NCBI GenBank assembly: GCA_003971905.1
Contig: RSEE01000158.1
Location: 1-64,000 of the forward strand
Direction: 5' to 3'
Source: Moniliella sp. 'wahieum'
Taxonomy: Eukaryota
Length of the DNA stretch: 64,000 nt
The notes beneath the pieces were generated by a model. The model did no database searches, had not been told where the DNA came from, and saw only the letters and a list, made by a program, of their open reading frames with translations. Within the stretch, counting starts at the first letter, position 1, and the number at the start of each line of letters is the position of its first letter. Positions 46,414 to 60,338 of the stretch are shown here, one piece after another. Both the position numbers and the translations under genes were made by a program.

Positions 46414-47791
46414 ATGAGTCCGTCCCCTCCCCTCCCGTGTCCTGCCTCACGCCCCTGCGCCCGTCTTCTCGCATCTCGACTGACTCCTGTCCTTCTCTGC
46501 AGCCTTCAGAAGATCAAGGTTGCCAACCCCGTCGTCGAGCTCGACGGGGACGAGATGACACGCATCATTGGCAGAAGATCCGGGAGGAGCTCATCCTGCC
46601 CTTCCTCGACATTGACCTCAAGTACTGTACGTCCCCTGCGCTTCATCCGACCGGCCCTGTTCCTAACCTTTTCCCACTCCCCTGCCCCTCCCCTCTAGAC
46701 GATCTTGCATTGAGCACCGCGATGCGACCGACGACAAGGTCACCGAGTCGGCCGAGGCCCATCCTCAAGTACAAGGTTGGTGTCAAGTGCGCCACCATTA
46801 CCCGGACGAGGCGCGGGTAGAGGAGTTCAAGCTCAAGAAGATGTGGCTCTCGCCCAACGGCACGATCCGCAACATTCTGGGTGGCACCGTCTTCCGCGAG
46901 CCGATTGTGCTCAAGTCCACCCGGCCCCATCCCGGGCTGGACCAAGCCCATCGTGCTCGGCCGCCACGCGTTTGGCGACCAGTACCGGGTGTGAAACTTT
47001 GTGGTGGACAAGCCGGGCAAGTTCAAGATTGTCTACACGGGACGATGGATCGGAGACCAAGGAGTGGGATGTGTTTGACTACCCGCGGTGGTGGTGTTGG
47101 TCTGGGCATGTACAACGACCGAGAGCATCATTGGCTTGCCCACGCTTCCTTCAAGATGGCGATTGAGAAGAAGAGAGCCTCTACCTCAGCACCAAGAACA
47201 CGATTCTCAAGGCGTACGATGGCAAGTTCAAGGATGTGTTCCAGGAGATTTACGAGGCCAAGTACAAGCCCGAGTTTGAAAAGCTCGGCATCTGGTACGA
47301 GCACCGCCTGATGACGACATGGTGGCCCAGGCCACCAAGTCGTCGGGCGGGTTTGTGTGGGCGTGCAAGAACTACGATGGCGACGTGCAGTCGGATGTGT
47401 GGCGCAGGGCTTTGGCTCGCTGGGGATGATGACTCGGAGCTGATCACGCCGGATGGGGATGTGATCGAAGCCGAGGCGGCGCACGGCACGGTCACTCGGC
47501 ATTACCGCCAGCACCAGCAGGGCAAGGAGACGTCGACCAACTCGGTTGCCTCATCTAGCCTGGACGCGTGGACTCAAGTTCCGCGGCAAGCTGGATGGCA
47601 ACCAGGCCCTGATCGACTTTGCGACGGCGCTGGAAGATGCGTGCGTCGAAAGCATTGACCGTGATGGCATCATGACCAAGGACCTGGCGCTGTCGGTGCA
47701 CGGCAAGGACCTCAAGCGGGAGCACTATGTACTGACGTTTGAGTACCTGGACCATTGTGCGCGACCTGCTCAAGGCCAAGCTGGGCGCTAA
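46414..47791 (+). CDS. IDP1: NADP-dependent isocitrate dehydrogenase
   Basis: [75 protein letters not shown]; ends approximate. Confidence 0.93.
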
Positions 47792-48961
47792 TGCTGTGTA
47801 TATCCAATGCCCACCGGTGCATTGCTTTTCAGGGCGACTGCGAGCCCGAGTGCGGGATGCGCTGTTACCAGATGATTGCATGCGATGCGACATGTGTAAG
47901 AGAGACGAAAGAGCAAACACAGTGGATGTCATGATGTGTTTCCTTGCAGCATGAGAGCCGAGGGAGCGCGCTCGGCAGGGCTACAGACGAGAGTACATTC
48001 CTCACCTCTGCGGGAAGGTTGGCGCGGACAGATGCATCACGCGGCCAGTCGGAGGTAAGCGGTACGGTACGACCAAGACCGGTAACGTGTAACACCGTAG
48101 GTGCTGGTACAACGAGGTAGGATATCGGGAACTTGGTGGTGGTTACCAGCGCCATGACCGCAGCGTGTGGCGGTGTGTGCTGTCTCGAGCGGGTGCCGCG
48201 CTGCAACACACCTTCGCAAGTCTTACTTGAGTTAGAAGTTCATTACTGAAAAAACGTCTTTGTCGAGGTACCCAGCCCGCCACGCCGGTTTTCCAAGCCT
48301 CCTCGCCCACCCAAACTCAAACGTCAGTGCGTCAGTGGGTATTATGAGGAGACGTTGGGGCGTGAGAACTCATCTAGTAGCAGGGGAGCGGATATGCGCA
48401 GCAGGTGCATGATCCCATCGACCAGGGGTTGGCGATGGCGGGGGCGGGGTGATACACCTTCAAGAGAGGCCTTCAACAAAGGCCTTCCAGCTAGGAGAGC
48501 AACACGAAGCGCCCAACCCCCCTGGCCCTTGGCTGCCTCCCGGCTACAGTTGTGGGGGCGGACTGATTCGGATCCGCACTACCGCCCTCCTGTGTCCTTC
48601 ACCATGCCCATGCCCAGTCCGTAGAGGCCAGTTTCTTCGGGTCTGAGATCTGACAGACTTTCCGGCCCGCGGCGACGCCTCTCTTCCACTCCTGATGACG
48701 CCGAGCTGGATTCAAGGTCTACCTGGCTCTCTGACATGGGACCGATGGCACCAGGCGATTAGTTGGACAGTCTTCCAACGCTCCCTCGGAAGAACAAGAC
48801 CAGAGGGTTTGAGAGTCAGATCCCCTCTCCTGTACGTTTGTTACCAACCAGTGTACCTAGCAGTATTTTTCATGCATGTGTATTGTATGCGCATCTATCA
48901 CGTCTTTCCCTGCCCGATGACGCATGGGCAGCAGTGGGTAGAAGGCGGATGGTTGGTGGGT

Positions 48962-50325
48962 TTAGTAGGCTGCCGGGGGAAACGAGGGCAGGTCCATCCC
49001 GGCCTGCTCGAGCATATCCTCGGCGGCCCGGAGACCCGAGCGGTAAGCGCCGTGCACGCAGCCCGCGCCATCCCAAACGGTATGTTCGCCGGCAAAGGCG
49101 ATTTTGTCATGGCCGTCGATGAAAGGCTGGACCATCTCGGGGTAGCTCTGACCAATCCTTCTTGCCGAATACGAGCCGCGGAAGAGCGGGTCCTGGGTCC
49201 ACTGCGACACTTGGACCAGTTTCGGCTGTGGAACAGGGCGGGAGCGGTCTTTTCGGATGGCCTCGAGGGACGGACGAAGTAGGTTGTAGACCGCGGCAGG
49301 GGTGGGAGTGCGTTCCAGCTCCTGGGTCAAGGGGGGGCCGGTAAGCGCGAGGAGCAGCGCGCCGCGCTCCGGGGCAAAGTGGATGAACGGGTTGACGAAA
49401 GTGACGGGTCGTTGGAGCGGGGGCAAGACAGCGTCCAGAGGTTCATCGACTAGGACCGTGAGCAAATCGGCCTCGGGCCGCCACCACACCTCGTCGAACA
49501 CAAGGAACGCCTTGCCCAGAGCGGCAATGTCGGTCGTCTGGATTGACTGCGTCAAGGCACGAGGCAAAGGGGGTGTGAAGAGGCCAGTTTCCAGGCCCCC
49601 TTGAGTGCACCCATTGGCATGGTACAAACCACCCCGTCCACCTCCACTGTACGCTTGGCCGTGCCCCCTGAACACCGCGCGTTGTCTGACTGACAGAGGT
49701 AACCGGCTCCCCCAAATGAAGTGAGACTAAGGCAGCGTTCCGCTGGGCCCACACCAAGTCCCACACCTTACGCATCCCACCTAGGACAAACGCATCGCGG
49801 CCGAGCGAACCGTGGACGGCTTCGGGCTGGGATATCCTCCCATGCCTGGGCCGTGAAGTGCTCGTTCTCCTGCAGCATGCGGCCAGCGAGGCGGCGCTGC
49901 TGCTCCGTGATCAAGGGGGCCTTGGCAAGAAAGTCAAGGACAAAGGTGCGCAGAGAGACCATAGGGGCGCATGCGCTTCGTCTGCATGGTAGGCCAAGGC
50001 AATCGCTTGCTCCACCTCGGTCTTGGCCGGGGAAGCACGTGTGTTGCTGCCCACCACCTCACCGGAGGGGAGAATGTACTGGGTAAGTGCGTCGCTGTAG
50101 GCCATCTCCACCCCCGCTTTGAGCGCGAGGGGGAAGAGAGGGTTGACCAGCGTCTCGTGCAACCAGGAGGCGCCTAGGTCCACCTCTCCGTCCAGCAGAG
50201 GGGCAGCGCACACGGCCGCCGAGCTCCTGGGACGCTTCGAACAGCACCACTTCCACCCCGGCCTTGGTGAGATGAGCGGTGGCGGCGGCGCCGGCCATGC
50301 CGCCTCCAATGACGCATACACGCAT
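48962..50325 (-). CDS. Flavin-containing amine oxidase (polyamine oxidase-like)
   Basis: VCVIGGGMAG, FEASQELGGRV, DLGASWLH, VVCTMPMGAL, WTQDPLFRGSYS, FAGEHT, GCVHGAYRSGLRAA. Confidence 0.88.
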
Positions 50326-50503
50326 GCTGGCAAGGGGAGGTGGAGGACGGGGTCGGGATGGGGCCGTCACTAGTCACTAGCATTCTTCGTCTTTTATGAC
50401 GCTGGGCCAGCCACAGGAACATCGGGTCGCTGTCTCAGCCCATGAGCTGATCACGCCAACCCTATTTTTTCTTCCGGGCAGCTGGTCGGCTGCGGCGCGT
50501 GGC

Positions 50504-50598
50504 ACATGTCGCGTGTCACATGTCACGTGTCACATGTAGCATGGTGAATGATGCATGATGCATGATGCATGATGCCGATGCATGACATGTGACATGTC
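50504..50598. repeat. CATG-rich low-complexity tract ((ATGCATG)n and GTCACAT repeats)
   Basis: Directly visible upstream of the amine oxidase gene. Confidence 0.7.
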
Positions 50599-53489
50599 CC
50601 ACGCCAGCCTCGCCCGCGTGCTGGGGCGAGGCTTAATATTGGCGGCGACTTGTTCACACGGCCCAAGTGTAAGAGGCCGACAGAAGCGTGGGGGCAAAAA
50701 CAGCCAGCGCGAAAGCGAATGGGAGCGCGTAGCCGCGTTAGCCGCGGCCGTGACAGCTCCACAGATGTCGAACTCGTTGCTGCACATGCTTGATGTGGTG
50801 CCGGCCTCCGATACATATATAGGAAGAAGCACCCTTGCTTAATTGTTATCTTATCTGAGGGCTGGTGGGGGGAAGAGAGGGAGGAGCTTTTTCAAATTGG
50901 GAGAGGCAAGAGCAGCAGAGCAGAGGCTTTCCCCGGTCACCGGGGTGCCGGTGACTATCTCCCAGGCTCATCGACATCGATCATCGAGATCATCGATCGC
51001 CCTGCATCTTTTCATCATCGACATTTTGGCCATATCGAGCATCCGTCGACCACCATCGTCGTGCATTATATCGTTGACATCATCGGCATCACCAATTTTA
51101 TCTGTGAAGAGGGAGGATGTGCTAGGATTCCCCTACAGCATGCCCTCACGAGGGACGTTCGCGTAATTGGGGGAAAGAGTTCCGTCTGTGTAGTGTGGGC
51201 GCAGATTGCAGGTACGCAGCCTGTCATAGTTTGGCTGATCTCGCTCCCATTTCCAATTTCTTCGTCTCGAGCGTCTCGCTCCTTCCCTGTTCCTTCCACT
51301 TCGCACCATGTCCTCTGTTCTTGCTTCTTCCCCACGAACGATTGCTACACCCCTTGGCCTAGTCCGATCCTGGTCTCCCTCGCCTTAGCCCCGACTGTGA
51401 CACAGCCCGACCTCTCGCTTTTGTTTTCTCTGTATCTTTCCCTTTTCCGTGTGATTTGCACAGTCTATCCTAATGATGTGGCTCACCCACTACGGACGTC
51501 CTTCTGATATCATTGATTCCAGGATGTTCGACGACGTCCCAGACCGCGAAGCCTCCTCGGGAGCCAGAGGGGACCTGGGGTATCAGCGATATCAGTATAT
51601 TCGGCGATATCTAGTAGACTGCCTGAGAGGTTAGGCATTTCGGCGGGATCCTGAACACTAAACACTTCAAAAGGATTTCGTGTAGTTGATAGATGGGTTA
51701 AGCATCCAGGATTTCGGAGAGATCAGGATATGGAGGAGGATCAATGATTCCATCGAGATCGGCGGCACCACTGACAATTTCCAAAGTTGTCATGGAGGTC
51801 ATTAACAGAATCATATGACCGAAGGGGGAGCGTACAGATCTTGCAAGATGGGCTGCCAAACGTTCCACTTGATCTCAAACGCTTCAGTCTTCTTGATGGC
51901 CTCAGCCTCATCAACCGCGTTCGAACAGATCTTCTCAAATGCGGACTCCAAAGTCTTGATGTCGTCCCGATTTGAAGTACCACGCGGTCGTTTTGGGATC
52001 CTGCATTCGCCGTGGCAGTGGGCATGTTGTGAGGCCCCCGGTCCGCCACGCCCTCCAATGGTTCTATACTCAGACATTCCAAAGAGAAACAACGAAGGAT
52101 GCGGATGCGTCTCTGGCAATAAGCTTCTGGGTTTCATCCGCCGTGAGGGCACTGCGCGCATATAGTCCCCCACATAATAACTGGCAAAGTTCGGGTGAAA
52201 GTGGGGAAAACACTGGCAGCATCCCGCCTGGACGCGTTGTCCACACCCAGTGGTGCTTATCCACCTGCAAATGGATTCAAATGAACAAGCGATGGTCAGA
52301 TTGTTCCTTGTGGGGAGAAAAGGATCCATACAAACTTACGCACGTTGATTATATGTTCATAGCGGTTATCCGTTATGCACACTGCGTCATCTTCCCTCAA
52401 TTCCCTCGCCATAGGATCCCTCCTTAGTTACGGCTTCCACAACCTCCAGAGGAACCCCCGGTTTGGCAACGTGAGTTTGTGCCCATTTCTGCTCACCCCA
52501 GCCTTCGTTGTCAGAGAGAGGGATTTTGCTCGAGCGGCTCGGAATGGAGACGCACCGCGCAGAATTCATGTAGATGAACCGCATCTCACGGAGCTACGAA
52601 TCATGTGCAACACAACGCTAGTAGTAGTAGCTGCTTCATGTACTTGCGCTGCAAGCCGTGGTGTTTACACGGATCCTGCTGGACAGTCTTGAGCCGCCAA
52701 AGATGAAACAAGGAGGATTTACAATGTGGACGGACGTTTACAGCAGCGTTATGGGGCTGTTTATGTGGGTCTCCGTCCCTGTTCTTAGAGGTCCGCTGGT
52801 TGACCACCTCCTTAAGCTCATGAAGTTCCCGTTGCACTTTGGAGATGCCTGTCAAAACAGCGGCTATGGCCCCTCATTGCCAGGAGGCGGCTGGATGCCA
52901 AGATTTTGAGGTGGCTGAGCATAGAGCAGATGATCCTGCGTGAGACGGTGCCGTGTTCCCCCTCGACGAATAATATGATCCTCTTCATTATTTCCACATC
53001 TCCATCTGCTGATGGTAACGATAAAGTACTGCCTTTTTATGACGCCGAGCCATATGAGTGCAATCGAGGGCATATGATTCCGAACCGTGCATGTCACGGT
53101 GCAGCGCTCACACAACTTGAATCCGTGCCCAGAGGTGGTGGGGAGAGCATTTGGGGCGGTCCCTCCATCACTGTTCAGTGACTGCTGAGGGCAGTGTGGG
53201 CATTCGGCTCAGAGCGTTACAGAGAGGAAAAGAGTCAAGGGGAAGAAGTGAGGACCAAGCATGAGATGCAGGGGGTGAGAGACGAGACGTGGGTCCAGGG
53301 CAAAGCGGTCCCCAGATGAGAAACGAGGCGAGAAACCGAGTCGAAACCATAGTATACTGGAGCTCAGGCCAGAAAGTGCCCCAAAACGATGGTGGGCCTT
53401 TTTGCAGGTGGCACTTGCACAGTTGTCCATCTCCCGGGCGGCGACGGAGGCGAGAGAGGGCGAGTCGGCGGGCATAAGAGACAGGCTTT

Positions 53490-54420
53490 TATCGGAGTTG
53501 AGGGCATGGAAACGGAATAACAGCTCGGCGCCATGAGACATGTTCGCGGCGAGCATCATACCCACTCCCCCTCGTGGACGGGATAGCCCCGGAAGTGAAC
53601 GAAGTACTCACAATGCGACCTCCACGGCCTTTGTTGCGGCGAGAGTCGAGGACGTGTTCGACCTCGTATAATGAACAGCACCATCGTCAGCATATTTGGG
53701 GAGAAGGCGGGGACTCGATCAAGCGGGCAAGGACGACATCACCCGGGGTGTAGGCAGGTTATACCAAGGGGAGGACCTGAAACACGTCATGGAGGTGTGT
53801 AAGTAGGTAGTAGGCGGGAATTAAGGCGGACCTGCGGTATACACACGCGGCGCAGCCCACGGTGCGGACAATGGGAAAGAGGCCGAGGTAACGATCGTCG
53901 AGGCCGTGAGAAGTTAGCTGGATAGACACACATACCCGTCCCGGCGAGCTAAAACTGGCTGTCAGAGTGAAGAGAGCCGCCTCAGTGCGCTGCTGGTCGA
54001 CACAGTGCTTGTAGCGTTCTTGAGCCGCGGCGAGCGCGTCGGGCGGGCCATGCACCCATCTGGCCGGGGCTAAAGCAAATCCTCAAGGTACGACGCAGCG
54101 CGTCGCGGGCATGGGCGAAGTGGCGGGCTCCAACTCCCCCCGGGGGGAGTAACCATAAGTGAGGACAAAAGGGGACTGGCGGGTGCTTGAGTGATAGGAC
54201 GAGTTGCAGGCAAATGCGGCCGTGGGAAAGAGAGGTTAAACCAATTGTGGACTGTCGCCGCATGCTGCTGTGCTCGTCGAGTTAACAGCGCTGGTACTGT
54301 TCGAGTATCTGGTTGAGGCGCTCAGTCTGGCCGTCCGTCTGCGGGGTACGTGGCGCTGAGGCTCCACTTGACACTCATCAAGTCGGCACGCGTGGCAAAG
54401 CAATGACTCAAGCGGGATGG
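53490..54420 (-). mobile_element. Ty3/Gypsy (chromovirus) integrase-chromodomain relic
   Basis: Minus strand: SLSATY-PQTDGQTERLNQILEQY (integrase core end), LDDRYLGLFPIV...HDVFQV (GPY/F region), YEVEHVLDSR...EYFVHFRGYP..EGEW (chromodomain); degenerate. Confidence 0.85.
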
Positions 54421-54870
54421 GGCAAGCAAAAATATTCTCTGCGCTGCGGTAAGCACAGGGAGGCTAAGCCGCGCTCGGAAGCGAACACGAGGTTTATTTG
54501 AAAAAGTGCTCAAGTCCATTTAATGATCAAGTGCGCCCCTGGGTGCTTCAAGTAAAAGGCGTGAGGCACATACCGCGAGGAACACTTGATGGACCGGTGG
54601 TACCATATAAATTTCACCATTGCCCCAGGTAACGGATTTGAACCACGGTCCCCATGCGAATGATAGGTTTATTTCTTTAGTTTTTTAGTGGCCATAAGAA
54701 ATGCTTGCATTTTCTGTGCGCACACTGCCTATGTGGTAATGAAGAAAAGTACTGATCCATGAGAGAACTGAACGCGTACAACATCAAGGTGCTGCTAACA
54801 GCTTCAGCTGGGGGCCGTCAAATATATTCCAAGGGGGCAGGGAGAGCGGGGGCCCACACAGCAGCTAATA

Positions 54871-57541
54871 TTAGGTTCTAGCAAATTGGCCAAAAAGGAA
54901 CCCATTGGCCTGAGCAGTCGTAGGGAAGGCAGAACCAAGCAGGAAGTCCCCTGTGAGATCTCTGTCCCCCTCGCCGGCAGCCAGGCTCGAAGGGAAGAGT
55001 TCCAGTAAGGCGCTTGGAGGCATGGCGAACCCACTTAGGTCTGCTTCGGGCGCAAGCTCCACGACTGATGTGCTGCCATCTTGCGGACTCGTGGTAAGTT
55101 CGGGGCCGAGACGAAGCGGAGCAGGGCGGGGACGAGAGGCGGATATGGCAGGCTGTTCGGGAAGAGAGGCCTGGGGAACAGGTCGAACTGGCTCCACCGA
55201 GATGGAAGGGGCAGGGGGTGGCGGTGGAGGAGAAGGAGAATGGGCGCAGCGGGGGGAATTGCCTCCACTGAAAGAAACCAAGACGGATCGATCGGCTGCC
55301 CAAAACCCTTACGGGAAGAGGCACTTGGGTGGAAGGGGCGGAAGACGCGCCCCCATCAATGCCGGGATGCGATGAGGCTCATCAACATCGAGTGAATGAG
55401 AACGATCCACGGTTGGAGATGGAGCTGAGGTCGTGCCACCAAGCTCGGGTGCAATATCGGGTGATAGGGTAGGAGGGGCTAGATTGGAGTTGGGAACTAG
55501 AACAACTCGGCGATGTTGGATCCACTGGTCCCATTGCATACACAATCCTCGGGTAGTGCAGATGTCGTCGAGCCAACCAAAAAACTTATGCCCCATGGTG
55601 GTACCTAGATGAAGAGGCATCTGGGCTTGGTCCGCGGATGGCTGCAGAGGAAGCGTTCTGCCTCCCGTCAAGTGCCATGCCGAGTCCAAGACGCCGACCA
55701 ACGCCGTAGGGTTGATCCCACCCGTCTCGGACGCTGCCAAGTTTGGGGGCAAAAGAGCATCGAGGGCGAGCGTAGGTCCAAAAAGAACACTGTGGGTCAT
55801 ATGGAAGAACGATAGAAGCTCGTTCCAAAGCAACGGAGGGGGGTGTTCTTCCCCCACACCTCTTGTTGCAAAAGCGGCTGAAGCAGTTCGGTCCGTAGAC
55901 GCTTGACCCACTCGTTCATGTCATCCAGAGGCCCGATCTTGGTCTGTTCAAATGCGTTCACCACCGTCGCGACTTGTACTGCATCCCCTGACGCTTGCGA
56001 CAGAGCTTGAATCCACGCCCTCTGATTTGCATCGAACTTGTTCAGTCCATGTTGCTCAATGAACCGTGCAAGTTGGACGTGATGCGATAACAGTTGGAAC
56101 TGGACAGCGTGAGGATGAGTGAGCTCGTGCCCCCAAAAGCAGGTATCGTCTTGCTGGATTGCACAGATGAGTTGCTGTTGCAACTCAACATGCAGCTCGT
56201 TGTCCATCATTGACGGAAGCCGATAAGGACGTTGGGTAACCAGCCCCCCAGCTTTTCTAGCGTGTACAGTGACCAATAAAGGACCCATGCTTGGGGTGTG
56301 CCACCGTTAGGATTATGAAAGATGGTTTCGTAGGCCATACTCATCGTGCCTTCCAACCAATTCACCCATGTGGCCGAACCCAACCCGCCCGAGCCACACC
56401 AGTAATAGCCGAGCAACAACTGGGCTTGGATCAGGTCCACATTGACAGGCGCTCCCTCGCACCCGAAAAGGCTTGTATGGAGAGAAGAAGTATGGTGGTC
56501 TAATTGTTTTTGGACCGCATCGTGGGCCAGGCGCCACCCCTCGGTCCGCCCCCAGGTAAGCAATCCAGATTGATGTTCCTGTACCAAGGGACGATGACTC
56601 GATGAGCTCGCCATCGTTGCTCCGGCAGCAGCGATGGCGAGGAGGAGATGGGTTGAGATGGGTTGGATAGGAGCGACAGCAGGATCGTGTTGTGGGAGAG
56701 GTGAATTCAGCGCCGCCCATTGGTTCAGGACCGTCGTTCTGTCCAAGCTGACACTCGCTAAGCCGGAGTGATCAAAAAAATGGTGCAACAGTTGTTCGAC
56801 CACAGAAGGGAGTAAGTCGGAGGGTATGATGGCAAACCGATCTAGACCCCAAGTTTGCACATCGGAGCTAGGTCGCGGGCGATCTTGAGGCGCAGACGGT
56901 TCATTCGAGCTACCGACCAGCCCGTGGTTGGTCACCCGGGTAAAATACAGCCCGTTGCGCCAGCCCTGAGCAAAGTCGCACTTGACCCCAGCTTTGGCGC
57001 AGTTGCTGCATGGCTCGTCGTCAGCCTTATGCTTTGCATCGCACCGTAGTTTCCGCCTGCGACAGGCAGCGCAAGATGTGAAGGTGATCTCCCGGCGCTG
57101 CCGTGGACGAGGGGCCGGGCTAGGCCGCCCCCTTTGAGGGGGTAAGGGTGGCTTGCGCCGCATTTTTGACGGTGGGATGGCTAGGCTAGGGTCGAGATGG
57201 ATTGGGTTTAGATGGGGGTTGGAGCTGCTGTGTTTGCAATGGGCGTCGAGGACATCAGTACCGGATGCACCGTCGGAGGATGCGGAAGCGAAAGAGCCCT
57301 GCGGCGTTTTTCGACTATTACTCCTTGCGACCGAGGACGAAGACGAAGCGTTGGCGGATGGTGTGGTCAAAGGGGCGGCGAGGTGTGGCTGGGAAACAGT
57401 GGGGATATTGGTGGTTGTGGAGCTGTACAGTTGCCTGTGGGCAGCATAGACGACATTGGGCGGCAGGACGGTGTGGACGGTGGGGGCGATGTGCGCGTCT
57501 TCTGGGGCGGCCGGCGGCAAGCCGAGGTTGGTGCTGTCCAT
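54871..57541 (-). CDS. Zn(II)2Cys6 fungal transcription factor
   Basis: CAACRRRKLRCD-x7-PCSNCAKAGVKC, followed by a middle-homology-like region across frameshifted ORFs; 3' end approximate. Confidence 0.85.
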
Positions 57542-58273
57542 GAAGAAGGTGAAAGGGAGTGGCCGACGTGGCGGCGGCAGGGGCGGTGGCGATGGAGATG
57601 ACGATGGTAGGTACAGCCTCCGGCGTGCTAAGGAATATAGCAGCCCATCAACCAGTCAGTGATAGGCCCCGAGGCAGCTGCCAGAGATGTGCAGGCCAAA
57701 CCGACACAAAGGCGGGCACTGCTACGCTGCCCCCGCACCTACCCCGCGCTCTGGCACTGGCGCTGCGCTGGGGCAGCCGGGGGCTGGACGATTGGGGGCG
57801 TCATGCGCGTCATGCATCATGCGTCACGGTGCTGCTCTGCTGGAAGAGGCGGGCGCGATCCAGCCCCTTTGGTCGCATGTGGTTTGCCTAGCAGAGGCGC
57901 CGTGGTGCTTCGTCCAGGCGCGCCTGCGATTGAAGCGGCGGAGTTGCATTCAGTCACGTGCGCCAGGCGGGCTGCCAGCCAAGCATGCCAGCCCGAGCAG
58001 TGACTAGTGACTAGCTTGACGGGTTGCACGGCAAAACGCCTGCAAACGCCCCCTGCGAGCTAAGCAAATCAGACAACTCGGGCACACAGCTGCCAACCCT
58101 ACTGCGCACTGCTGGGGCGTCCAGCCACTTCTGGCCAAAAACCTCTCCTGTCCACGTCACGCGCATGGCGGCGCACAAACCAGCCGGTAGCTGCCCCCTT
58201 GCAAGCGCTCCAGCGGCTCTGATAGGCGTTGCGACTCCCTCCCGCGGCCACCCTGACGACCACGACCCTTCGC

Positions 58274-59024
58274 ATGGCCGGCGCGATCATCAACTCGGTC
58301 GGCGGAGCGCTGGTGCTCATCTCTACTGCTACTGCCTTTCTGCTGGGTACACTCGCGGTCCACTGGACTGCGGACCATCTGGTGCTGTGGCAGCGGCCCC
58401 TGACTGCTGAGCATCTTGCTGCCGCGCACGCGTACTATGCTCGCACCTTCCCCGCGACACCTTGCCTACTGGTGGCGCGGGCGATGTGCATGCCTGGGCG
58501 CAGCGCGGCATTGCCTTGGCTGGCATCATTGGTGCCGGTGGTGCTGGTATCAAGGTCTTTGCTGGTGGCGAAGACAATTGGCTGTTTGACGGCGCGACCC
58601 TCGTACGTACGAAGCGCCTTGTCCTCCTTCTCTTCTCTCCCTCTTTTGGTGCTCGATCCGACCCGCTGACGTGCGCCTCGCCTCCCAGTTTTGCTCGGCG
58701 CTGTGGGCCTCATCACTCTGAACAGCGTGATTCCCATCCTACGTGCTCTGCCTCCTTTCCCATCCCGGCCACCCCAGGGTCAGAGTTCAAACTGAACCAG
58801 CAGCTCCAAGACCTGGCGTCGATCAACGTGACCATCGCCGCGGCCTTGGTGGGGGTGTTGCTACTGCGTGCGGGCAATACTATGCGACGCGCTCGCAGTC
58901 CAAGGAGGACGAGGCGTTGTTGGAAAAGAAAGTGAACAAAGCACGCAAGATTGTAGCTAGCGCCAATGCTGCGCCTGCCCAGAGCGCCGCGGCAAGCTCT
59001 ACCCCGGTCAAGTCGTCCAGTTAG
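58274..59024 (+). CDS. SHR3: ER membrane chaperone Shr3-like
   Basis: TAFLLGTLAVHWTADHLVLW, AHAYY, NWLFDGATL, LASINVTIAAALVGVLLL; one probable intron ~58603-58688. Confidence 0.8.
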
Positions 59025-59483
59025 ACTACACACTGGTCAAAACGTGACTTGGACATCCGCTGTCGTTCCATCTTAAGCCCCCCCCCCCCCCCCCCCCTGT
59101 GCATCTTCTTTGCAATAGGAACTACCAGTTATGGGCATCAATGTCAAAGAATGAAAAGGGGGTGAGATGATAGTGGCCTATGACTACGAGAGTGTACCAA
59201 AAGCGGCCTAGAATACAGGTCAACCGCGGAATGCACGCCACCCCTGGGAGAGGTTACCCTCGGAGAGATCAATATGCGTGCTACCCAATCTGACGAACGT
59301 TGAACCATCAGAAAAATCGGTTGGAGTGCAAGTAGCATACTGGGGGAAGGAAGAGGAGATACAGGAGAATCAAGGGAAGGGCATAGAACACTCGTAGCTG
59401 TTTGTTCCACATAGCTGAGTGGCATGTGCCGATGACGAGAAGGATACGTAGGACTATTTGCCTGATTACTTGACCTCGCTCAC

Positions 59484-60338
59484 TTACTTCTTGGATGCAG
59501 CCTTCTTGGGCGCAGGTTTCTTGGGCGCCGCCTTCTTGACTGGCTCGGTCTTCTTAGCAACAGACTTCTTGGGCGGCGCGTCCTTAGGCTTTGGCTCAGC
59601 GGGCTTCTTAGTGGGCTTAGGCTTGGCACCAGGTGCGAGCTTCACCTTACCCGAAGGGCCCTTGGGTAGCACAAACACCCTTCGTTTCCCCAAAGTGATC
59701 GCGCGGGCCAAACGCGAAGCAAACACCGTATCAGAAACGGCGGCAGTGTGGGAGTAATTGGCAAGGATCCACTTCTTGAGGATCGGACGCGAGAGGCCCA
59801 AGCGGCTCTCCTCGGGTGGGCAAGGATCGCAGCTTTGATCATCTGATCATCGAGTAGGGGCGGACAGAGACCATTTGGGGGCAGGCCAAGGCGAAAGAAA
59901 AAGGGAGCAATGGGCAGGGAGTGTAACAAAGGAGAGAGAGGGAAGTTGGGTCAGGAAACCATCCAAAACAGGCACACAGAGTACTCGGCGCAAGCTGCAT
60001 CCAAGAGCCAAATCACAGCCTCTTGGTCCGTGCCCCCGGCCTCCGCCCTGATGGCAGCGCATTCGCTAAATAACGCTTGCGCCGTGCCAGCTGCCGACGT
60101 TGGGGCGCTTGGGCGGGCAGCAGAGGCAGCACCGACATAACGACGGCGGTATGCATGCCCCGCAGCTTCACCAGCACTCCCCTAGCAGGATACAAGGCAC
60201 ACCAAGGGAGGAGAGCGACGTTGGACGGGAGCGGGCTCTGGCGGGAGTTGGGGCTGACGTGGCGGAGGGGACTTACCTCGTAACTGGGTCCGGCGGGCTT
60301 CTTGGGCGCGGCTTGGCGTCTTTGGTTGCAGCAGCCAT
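59484..60338 (-). CDS. Linker histone H1 (intron ~59843-60276)
   Basis: PSYE|MIKAAI, GLSRPILKKWILANY, FVLPKGPSGKVKL, Lys/Ala/Pro-rich tail; TATA near 60470. Confidence 0.9.
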
